DNA of 63,392 nucleotides, filler included, from Conidiobolus incongruus B7586 (Eukaryota): NCBI GenBank assembly GCA_000697335.1. It is 19 parts of 19 records of this genome, joined end to end, with 100 filler letters (N's around TTAATTAATTAA, not from the genome) between each part and the next. Parts side by side here need not be neighbours in the genome. Positions count along the whole stretch, not along the records: positions 52,448 to 53,862 come from JNEM01004150.1; positions 53,963 to 60,465 come from JNEM01004151.1; positions 60,566 to 62,109 come from JNEM01004156.1; positions 62,210 to 63,392 come from JNEM01004159.1; 15 more parts are not named here. One strand, 5' to 3'. Shown piece by piece: positions 53,831 to 63,392 of this stretch (position 1 is its first letter; each line of letters starts with the position of its first letter). The notes under the pieces were generated by a model. It saw only the letters and a program-made list of their open reading frames with translations, ran no database searches and was not told where the DNA came from. The position numbers and the translations under genes were made by a program.

Positions 53831-53962
53831 AAATCTATGGTAATAAAATTAATAATATATATNNNNNNNNNNNNNNNNNNNNNNNNNNNNNNNNNNNNNN
53901 NNNNNNTTAATTAATTAANNNNNNNNNNNNNNNNNNNNNNNNNNNNNNNNNNNNNNNNNNNN

Positions 53963-54600
53963 TTATATAATGAATAAAAGAATTAATATTAAGATATATT
54001 AAATTATATTAAATAATAAATTAAAAAAACTATTAAATATTCTAAGTTAAATAAATCAATCATTATTTTTTAACAAAATAATACCCATTGTTATATTATA
54101 ATTTTTACTATTAAATAGTTATAAAATAATAAAATAATTATTATAAAATACCCTCCTTAATTTTTTAATCATAACCTAATTAAATATCTTTAGGATTAAT
54201 TAAAAAAATTAATTAAAGTTTTCCTTTAAATAAAAAATTTAAATCAACTATAAAAGTATATTTAAGTAATTTAGAATAATATTAGTTTTGCTTAATATAA
54301 GAAGTTAGCTGACTCTATACCTTATAAATTTAAAAAGGTTAAAAAACTACAGATAGATAGACTAGATATTAATTTCACTATTAATAATAAAACTTGCAAT
54401 TTTATAACTTATTTTAAATATACTTTTGATTTTAATATATTAATTAATAATTAATTAAACTTAAATTTATATATTATATTATAAATATAAAGTATATATT
54501 AATTACATAATTTAATATAAATTTATTTAAATAAAAATTAATTAAGATAATAATAAAATATAGATATTGTTAATTTTATAACTTATTTTTATAGGTTTTA
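53963..54600 (+). mobile_element. Tc1-like family A copy 5, 3' half with right terminal repeat
   Basis: ttt taa caa aat aat acc cat tgt tat (FQQDNAPCH); ccctcct (PP retained); gac tct ata cct (DSMP); ends ttttataacttatttttataggtt like copy 2. Confidence 0.85.
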
Positions 54601-55693
54601 TATTAATATAATCTATTAAATATATTTCAAAGACTAAAAATAGATATTTATATTGAATTTTATAAAAATCCATTAATAATAATATTTCAATAGTCAAAGA
54701 TAGAGTAAGTTAAAGATATAATATAAAAAATAAAAATATAGCATTTTTAAATTAAATTTAATTATAAAATAAATATAATTAATTATAGCTTATTATTTTT
54801 ATTAATAAAATTTTATAAAAATTTTTAAATTATTTCAATAATTGCATAAATAATGAAATAACTATTATTTTAATATTATGTAATTTTTTATTCCAAATTA
54901 TATATTGCAAAAAAATATAATTATATAGACAAATAATATTTTATTATTTAACTTATTAACAAACCATTTATTAATTACTCTTTAATTTTAATTTTCAAAA
55001 ATAAGCTATTTATAAATATAATAAAACTAAACACTTTATTTTTATAAATAATATAATAATATATATTAATTAATAATTAATTAAACTTAAATTTATATAT
55101 TATATTATAAATATAAAGTATATATTAATTACATAATTTAATATAAATTTATTTAAATAAAAATTAATTAAGATAATAATAAAATATAGATATTGTTAAT
55201 TTTATAACTTATTTTTATAGGTTTTATATTAATATAATCTATTAAATATATTTCAAAGACTAAAAATAGATATTTATATTGAATTTTATAAAAATCCATT
55301 AATAATAATATTTCAATAGTCAAAGATAGAGTAAGTTAAAGATATAATATAAAAAATAAAAATATAGCATTTTTAAATTAAATTTAATTATAAAATAAAT
55401 ATAATTAATTATAGCTTATTATTTTTATTAATAAAATTTTATAAAAATTTTTAAATTATTTCAATAATTGCATAAATAATGAAATAACTATTATTTTAAT
55501 ATTATGTAATTTTTTATTCCAAATTATATATTGCAAAAAAATATAATTATATAGACAAATAATATTTTATTATTTAACTTATTAACAAACCATTTATTAA
55601 TTACTCTTTAATTTTAATTTTCAAAAATAAGCTATTTATAAATATAATAAAACTAAACACTTTATTTTTATAAATAATATAATAATATATATT
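54435..55693 (+). repeat. 626-bp tandem duplication, apparently identical units
   Basis: 54435-55067 recurs at 55061-55693 (the C of ttaaacttaaattt is at 54460 and 55086). 7-nt microhomology ATATATT at the junction. I saw no mismatches by eye. Confidence 0.9.
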
Positions 55694-57111
55694 ATTTAAA
55701 AAAGAAACATAGTTTTTTTAAACAAAATACTTCAAAAATACCTATCTTGTTGAAATATAATATTCAACTTTAATAAATCAATATAACTAAAAAAAGGATG
55801 ATAATTTTAAAATCATTATTAAAAGAGCAAAAAACCTAATATTGCAATATTTAAAAATTTTCATAACTATTAAAAAAATAAATTTTAAAGCCAACTAAAA
55901 AATATTAAAAACTAAAGTATTTAAAGCAACAGATAAGGTTATATATATAAATTTATGTAATTAGAGAAGCAAAAGCCTTAAACATTTAACTAATTCTGAT
56001 ATTAATATAATATTTTTGTATCATTCTATATAACACGAAATTTTAACTAAATATAGATAAAATAATCAAAGAAATACTCTGGTGATTGAGTGAACCTAAA
56101 AAGAAGTTAGAAAAACTAAAGTTGAAAAATGAAAATAATAACATAAACCCTATAAATCAAAAATGTTATATGGAATATATAACATCAAATCATTAAATTC
56201 CTTTACACAATTATAGATGACAATCAAAAACTACACTAAAAGATAAATGCCATCAACGTCGTTATTAAAGTATTTAAAGATTGAAATAACGTAAGGACAA
56301 TTATAATACTAGGAGCTCTTAAAAAAACACAAAGAAAATCAAGAAAGGATTAAAATATCAAAAAATTATAATATTCATTAAAGAATTAAATATTAGTTTC
56401 AAAATTAATTTCATCACAAACAAAAACTCATTGAAAACAAAGGCAACTATATATTGGCCAGCAACCAATAAATTCCACCCAATTAGATTATCATTACAAA
56501 TATACTTTCTATTCCTTTATCCTAGAAAACATCATTGAGTATCTTAATATTATACAATTTTGGTCTAAAATTCACAAAACCAATGTACCATCTAAAATCA
56601 CCAGTTTAGCTTGATGAATCTTGGCTGGAACTTTCCTGAACCCTAAATATCTAGAAAAATATGATCCCAGAATACTATATCATTGGAAATATAAAGAAAA
56701 AGACTCCATACACCACAGCTACTTTGGGTGCCTAAGGGTCAAATATACCTGGGCATCATTATTTGTCTCCTCAGAAATACAGGAATAGAGGGAAAACTGA
56801 CAAAAATCCCAGTAATACTGATAACAGCTGATCCAGAAAAGAGATGGGTAAAATTAATCAATAAACACACTTTCGCAATTATACACAACATCCATATCAA
56901 CAACTCCTATACAATCAAAAATTAACACCTAATACTACCTAATAATTTCAACCACAATTAATGGACTAAGCTATTAACATCAACTTATTTAAACCCACAT
57001 GAGTACAATCTCACACAAATAATACAGCAAAACTCAACATTTGACAAGATGCTTTTTGCAGAAATGCACCCACGTACCTTCGTCAGTTTATATTCAAAAA
57101 ATATGTACTGA
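54600..57111 (+). mobile_element. Degenerate L1/Tx1-like LINE, 3' part of ORF2 with zf-RVT-like domain
   Basis: 56558-56760 translates directly as FWSKIHKTNVPSKITSLA**ILAGTFL...KDSIHHSYFGCLRVKYTW, matching the zf-RVT pattern W..IW...VP.KI..F.W.....L...ES..H.FF.C.....W. Coding-like sequence continues to a stop at about 57111. The 5' limit is uncertain. Confidence 0.65.
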
Positions 57112-58223
57112 GGCTGATGACATCACAAAGCATGCACTTTGACTTTGATGTTTGAACAAAACAAAAACAACATTGCATTTGCCACAAAAGCAAGCGCTGC
57201 TTCTTTTGACCATACCATGTTCGAGTGTGTTGTTGTTGGCATAAGAAGAATTGATTACAGCCTGCGTCAGAGATGTTGTCCTCCTTCCAGATTCCAGCTC
57301 TTGGTGCAATAAATGGCAATCTTTACTACATGCTTAATGGTACTCTATCACACAAACGATAAAAGGGATCTTTAAAAACAGGAAAAGGGGATGAAAATAG
57401 TGTCATAAAAACAAGAAATTAGGATAAAGAATATATAAGCAGCAATAAAAATAAAAAAGATAAATCTAAAAATAAAATAGATAAATTGTAACAAGCTTAG
57501 CAAAGGGTATTAATGCCAGCTCCAATATTTGGCCATGATGGTCAGAGATATAAGTGACTATGTGATCTACAACTCCAGGGGCCAAGAGGACTAGTTGGGT
57601 TGCAATGGCCATCCGATTAGATTCATCATATGGAATTAATTGTAAATTGGGCAGGTTAGAACAAATGAGAACCAAGTTGTAAAATTATGTAATAATGAAT
57701 AAAAAAATAAACAAGTTGTAATAGAATTGATTTTGTTATTGAAATAATTGAGTTGAATAATATAACTGGCGGTAAGTTAATAGGTGATTTTAGTAACACC
57801 AAGGTGGAGGTGTTACTCTTGGAAGTGATGGATATAGAAGAGGATAATTGGTAGTAGAATTGTAATTTTGAATATGAACCAAAAATCAAGCTTCCATGAT
57901 AGAAGCTACTGATGTATTGAAAGGTATTTTAATGGTTTGTGGAGGTGTGGCTGTGCAATGGTGCATCCTTGTAATGGCCCACGGGACTGGTTCCTTGTTC
58001 TTGTTTATCCAAGGAAACAGAATGCAACCTAAATCTAAAAATAAAATAGATAAATCAAAAAGGAATTATGAATGGATTGATGTAGATTTCCCAAATCGAT
58101 ATTACAATGAGTAATAAATCAAGTAATGGCATGCAAACAACTGGTTGAGATGTTTACACCAATCAACCTATTCTACGATTTATAAAAAATTACAAAAATT
58201 ATACTTTTACCACTGTTTCTTTA

Positions 58224-58463
58224 TGAACAGGTTTATACTTCCCGATTGGAAGATATCCTTAAAAAGAGTACAGAATATTAGGCAAAGAGCCAAAAAGGTA
58301 AGCAAAAAATAAAGAAAAGAATAAAGTTAATAGAAATAGGAGAGAGTTTATTTAGGAAAGTCAGATGGTCTAAATATTTCAAACTTATCAAACTATGGCT
58401 TATAAAATAGATCTTCTGGAATATCACCAGTTTTTGGGACAAGGGGTTAAAATATCCGCCTCA
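58224..58463 (-). mobile_element. Probable solo LTR, 240 bp (copy 2)
   Basis: On the minus strand it begins TGAGGCGG and ends CCTGTTCA (TG...CA), with TTTA at 58220-58223 and 58464-58467 as a candidate 4-bp TSD. Homologous to 32571-32819. Confidence 0.6.
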
Positions 58464-58485
58464 TTTACTTCAAAGCACTACATTT

Positions 58486-59067
58486 TTAGATTCTCTCAAA
58501 TCCAATCCATGTTTTATCCCAATAGTCAAATTCTCTAACAAAGTGATCATCACCTGATTTGCAATATATGCCAAACCATTTATCATTTCTATTCTCGATT
58601 TTGAGTTTGTGGTAACCTTTTTCTCCATCAAATAACCTCCCAAAGAATGCCACATTTTTACTCTCCCAACACCCAAAATCGTGACAATCCGTGATTCCCC
58701 AGTGTATTTCCCTTGCACCAACTGTTTGTGTTGCAATACTCTGTAAATACCCTCTTCTTTGAAAGTTAAATCTGTAATTGCCATCTGAATATTTTCTCAA
58801 ATTCAACACAATACCTTCAACCCATTTAGAATTTTGATTCCATTTTAAATCTTGAGCAAATCTTGGTGTTTTTCCAAGAATTCCTTTCTGGTAGAGGGGT
58901 GCAACTTTAAATTCATTAGTAGAACATTGCCATACTGTATAAAGCCTATAAGTAGCTCCTTCAACTAGTTCTTTTGTCCAGACTCTTTCAGGCATTGTTG
59001 AATTACTGATGGTCAATTGGGAAATAGCTCCAATTGATAAGAATAAAGCTTGAAAGATGATTTTCAT
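58486..59067 (-). CDS. Small secreted protein, 193 aa, 4 Cys, possibly beta-trefoil fold
   Basis: Intact intronless ORF with signal-peptide-like start MKIIFQALFLSIGAISQ. Trp/Tyr/Gly-rich mature part with repeated G-x-Y-[RH]-like strands (EGATYRL, DGNYRF, KGYHKL) and a terminal WIGFERI. Confidence 0.75.
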   Translation of the reverse strand: MKIIFQALFLSIGAISQLTISNSTMPERVWTKELVEGATYRLYTVWQCSTNEFKVAPLYQKGILGKTPRFAQDLKWNQNSKWVEGIVLNLRKYSDGNYRFNFQRRGYLQSIATQTVGAREIHWGITDCHDFGCWESKNVAFFGRLFDGEKGYHKLKIENRNDKWFGIYCKSGDDHFVREFDYWDKTWIGFERI

Positions 59068-59227
59068 TATTCAGAGTTATTTGTTAAGATATATTTGCAA
59101 AATAAGATTAAAAATTATTTATACTACCCTAGAGTAATATCTATGGTTATTATAGCAAAACTTATCATAAAATATGTATGATATATATATAAGTCAAATA
59201 GCTTTTATAAATTTTGATTTATAGGAT

Positions 59228-59890
59228 AACTAATTTTAAAATTATCAAAAATATCAATTATTTAAAGAATTAATATATTATCATAAGTTAAGAATCTTTT
59301 TTCCTACTTAATATGCTTAGTTCAACTAAAAATAAAGTTTATTCCACTCTCATATGATCAGCCATTTCAGCTTTATTTTTTAATTGACCTGTGATTCAAG
59401 CCACTGGAAAATTCCTTAAATCACTTTATTTTATTCCAAACTTGGTTATATTAACATTATATTCAATATTTAAAGTATTAATAAGCCAACAAGGTTTTAA
59501 AATTTCATTGATTTTTTAAAAATATATATATTAATATTTAATTTTATAGTAACTAAAATTAATTATCAGAAATATCAATTATTTAAAGAATTAATATATA
59601 GTCATAAGTTAAGAATCTTTTTTCCTACTTAATATGCTTAGTTCAATTAAAAATAAAGTTTATTCCATTCTCATATGATCAGCCATTTCAGCTTTATTTT
59701 TTAATTGGCTTGTGATACAAGCCACTGGAAAATTCCTTAAATTATCTTATTTTATTCTAAGCTTGGTTATATTAATATTATATTCAAAACTTAAAGTATT
59801 AATAAGCTAGCAAAGTTTTAAAATTTCATTGATTTTTAAAATACATAGATTAATATATAATATTATAATTACTAAAATTAATTATCAGAT
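59228..59890 (+). repeat. 321-bp tandem duplication (two diverged units plus the start of a third)
   Basis: tcataagttaagaatcttttttcctacttaatatgcttagttcaa occurs at 59281 and 59602. The units differ mostly by transitions. Confidence 0.9.
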
Positions 59891-60565
59891 AATTTATTAT
59901 TAAAAAATTAAAAAATAGCAAAATATATAAACTATAAAGAATATAATATTAGAAATTTATAATATTAAAATTATATATTAATATATAATATAAGCAAGTA
60001 TTTTGAGAGTTAAACCACTTTTATAATATCATCAAATATTATCATCATTTTTCATTCACTTTTATATTAAATAGCCTTTTTAATTATTTATTATCTTTAT
60101 TTTAATTTTTATAAACTTTAACCCTATAAAAAAATAGTCATATTCTATTAATTATATTGGATATATATCTTTAATTAAGAATATTATAATAAACTCATTT
60201 GTTTCCTTCTTAATTCCATTAATTACTTAAATTTTAAAGTTATCATTTATTAATTAATTATTAAGGCAATAATTAAAATAATAATAAATTTTTATAATTT
60301 TTAATTAATGACATTATAGATATATATAATTTATAAGTAATTTATTTTATAATATAGATATTCTTATTTTTGGGTATATCTAATAAATATAATATCTAAT
60401 CTTTTATTTAATTCTTGATATTTAATTATAATATATTATTAATATATATATTTATATAATTAAAANNNNNNNNNNNNNNNNNNNNNNNNNNNNNNNNNNN
60501 NNNNNNNNNTTAATTAATTAANNNNNNNNNNNNNNNNNNNNNNNNNNNNNNNNNNNNNNNNNNNN

Positions 60566-62109
60566 TTAAATATTTAATATATTAAGAATAGTTAAGAAAT
60601 AATAATAAGTATCTAAATATAGTGTTAAATGCTTGTTTTATTAAATTATAAATATATTTAATTATAAATTTATATTTTAAATAGGTAAAAATAAATTTAA
60701 AATAATAAAAAAAAGATAATATAACTAAAACAATTAAAGTTAATTAAAATATTAACAAATATATTAATAAAATATCTAGTTAAAATAAACAATAAAATGA
60801 TAGTTAAAGGTAAAGAATTATAAGATAAATTAGTTACTAGAATATTTTTAGTTTGTAATAATTTAATTAATTTAATCTCTCTAATATATATAATTTAATT
60901 TGTGGAATTATTAGTTTATTAGAACTTTTGTGGATTAAATTAAAATCTGCTAGTTAATTATAAAAGAAATAATTTTAAAGTTATATTAATATTATTTAAG
61001 TTTAATTTATGATTAATAGACTAAAATTATTAAAAATTAAATAAATATTATATCTTAAAAAGATACTTATCAACTTTATAATTAACTTAAGTTTTTTAAT
61101 AATAATAGCAATTTTTATTTATTTTTAAATAAACTTTAACTTCTTTACTAAGGGTTTTTTTATAAAGCTTTAAGATAGAAATATTTATTATTTGAGATTT
61201 AAGTAAGTTAAAATAAATTTTAAAGGATTAATTTTTAAGATAAAAAAATTTAGTTATAAAATAAAAGATATTAATAATCATAGTTATTATATCATAAATG
61301 TTAAAAAAACATATTATTAAAATGTTCCTTATTAACTAATTAGAGTTTTACTAAAAGATTAAAGTATTATAATAACTTGTAAATTTATTTTTTTAGTGAT
61401 ATTTAATATATTTAAATATATCTTATTAAATTTCTTAATTAGTTACTTTGTAAAAGTTTTTTATTCAAATTAAGAAAGCTCTTCTTTTGTTAATTAAACT
61501 TAATTTTTTAGGTAATACTTTTCTTTAAAGTTTTTTTTTAGTTATTTAAAGGTTTATATTTTTATAATAAGTTATCCCCCTGAAAATTTTTTAAGATTAA
61601 GTTTGTAATAAGTTAACTATTAAATATAAATAAAATTTTCTAAAAAAAATTGTTAATTTAAAGCTATTCTTTAAATTTTTATTAAAAATTAAATTAAACT
61701 AATTCTTTATATTTTTAAAAAAATTTTTAATCTGGTAAAGATTTTTAAAAATATTATAAATGGTTAGTTTATCTTTAAAAACACTAAATAAATGATTTAA
61801 TATATCAATAATAGTAAAATAGTTGGTTTGTTAAATTTAAGCTTTTTAATTTATATTTTTCTTAATTAAAAATTGTTTAATATAAGCTTTTTAAAGGGTA
61901 ATAAGCTTTTAAAGATTAAAGTTTTAGATTTATTTAATAATTAAGCTAATATTATTATTAAAAGAATATAAGGGAATTTTTTTAATAGTATTATAGTAAA
62001 TAGTTTTAGATTTAAATAAATTAAATTATAAATAAAATTTATAATAGCAATAAATAAATTTAATATAAATATCTATTAATTTTAATAGGTTTTTAATAGT
62101 TTTGTTGCT
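60566..62109 (-). mobile_element. Hypermutated non-LTR retrotransposon relic (RT C-terminus onward)
   Basis: Minus strand from about 62100: act att aaa aac cta tta aaa tta ata gat att tat ... tta taa ttt aat tta ttt aaa tct aaa reconstructs to T.EDL.KLIDIC ... LQFNPSKSK, the post-YADD segment of LINE RTs. The rest is unreadable but has the same TA-rich texture. Confidence 0.45.
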
Positions 62110-62277
62110 NNNNNNNNNNNNNNNNNNNNNNNNNNNNNNNNNNNNNNNNNNNNTTAATTAATTAANNNNNNNNNNNNNNNNNNNNNNNNNNNNNNNNNNN
62201 NNNNNNNNNTTTAAATATATTATTATTTTTAAATAAAAAATATAAATAATAAAATAAAAACATTAATATATCTGCAT

Positions 62278-63392
62278 TATATATATATATATATATATAT
62301 AATAATTTTTTGATTAAAAATTTATTTTTTTATATTTATTATTTAATATAATTATATTTAAACTAAGTAATAATCATCAAAAGTCTTTAATTTTACTATC
62401 TATAAAACTTGTCTATAAATTCTTTAAAATTATTTAAAATTTACAAATAGATTTTGATAATAAAACATTATTTAATTTAACTATTGATCACTAGGTAATT
62501 GATTTTAAAGCTAGGTGAAAAATTATCCAAATTTGCTAAAATTTAAACAATTAATTTTAATCGTCATTTTTATAAAAATTAATAAAATTAATAAATATAT
62601 TAAAAAGCCCCCTTTTATATCAGGTATAGAATGATCACAATATTTTAATATTAATTGTAAAAATATTTAATATTTATTAAAATCTAAATTAAATTTAATT
62701 CATTAAAATATAAAATAGGTATTTTATGATTTAATTAAAACACAAAAAAAGCTAAAATAGCTATTGCTAAAAAAAACTTAGTAAGGTATAGCTAGAGACC
62801 AAGGTTTTTATAATAAATGATTAAAATCGATGAATTTTAGATCTTTTTATATAATCCTTTATCAAAATATAAATCATGGTATTGGATTAAACCAACTTAA
62901 CTCCTTTTATAAATTCCTTTACACAAGTATTTTATTGTTAAATAAATTTTAATTATTAAAATAAATTATATTGGTATATCTTACTTTTATTTATTTTTTA
63001 AAGGAAAATTAATTAATAATAAACTGTATATTAAATTTTTAAATAATATTATTTCTAATTGGTATTCTTAAATTAATATAAGAAAACTTATTATTTTGCA
63101 TAATAATTATAGAATATATAAAGCTAAATTTGTAAAAAACTTTTTAATTAAAAAAACTGGAAAAAATTACCATATCTAGTATTTTTCTTAGACTATAACC
63201 TATATAATTATAATTACCTTAGATAATTAAAAAATTAACTTATAAATAACAAAATTTAATTAATTTATAAAATATTATACCTTAGTCCCTATTAAAGAAC
63301 TATTTCTTAGGTATTGAACTTTGCAAAAAAATGGCTAGAAATTATTAAAGATAAAAAACTATTAATTTTATATAATTAATTTATTTTTATAT
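62278..63392 (+). mobile_element. mariner family B copy 6 (runs to the window end), hypermutated
   Basis: tag gta ttt tat gat tta at 62716 reconstructs to WVPHDL (mariner WVPHEL); atc gat gaa ttt tag atc ttt tta tat aat cct = IDESWIFLYDP; ttg cat aat aat = LHDN. (TA)n at the 5' end. Confidence 0.88.

Noticed and set aside
58470..58784. 104-aa ORF overlapping the secreted-protein gene in another frame
   Set aside because: Off-frame overlap with no independent coding evidence.

Overview
Very AT-rich eukaryotic (fungal) scaffold made of 19 contigs joined by 18 artificial 100-nt linkers (44 N + TTAATTAATTAA + 44 N). Short 52-61 nt introns, an F-box/LRR gene and a Zn2Cys6 gene point to a fungus; an early-diverging, Conidiobolus-like entomophthoralean is my inference, not something the sequence proves. 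Seven genes look intact: mitochondrial malate dehydrogenase (4 exons), SGT2 TPR co-chaperone (3 exons), an F-box/LRR protein, a 309-aa protein with a probable Tubby/LURP-one-like barrel, a Zn2Cys6 transcription factor, an atypical homeodomain protein (WFKTRR) and a small secreted, probably beta-trefoil protein. Much of the ORF-free 'desert' is a transposon graveyard that the ORF track cannot show: 5 copies of a Tc1 (DD34E) family, 6 copies of a mariner (DD34D) family, pieces of a second mariner, three LINE relics and two probable solo LTRs. These relics are degraded overwhelmingly by C>T/G>A transitions with reading frames largely kept, while neighbouring single-copy genes are intact. The most interesting signals are this RIP-like, repeat-specific hypermutation, the animal-type mariner elements in a fungus, and the K50/T51 homeodomain. 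Element boundaries are approximate and ancestral protein motifs were reconstructed by eye.
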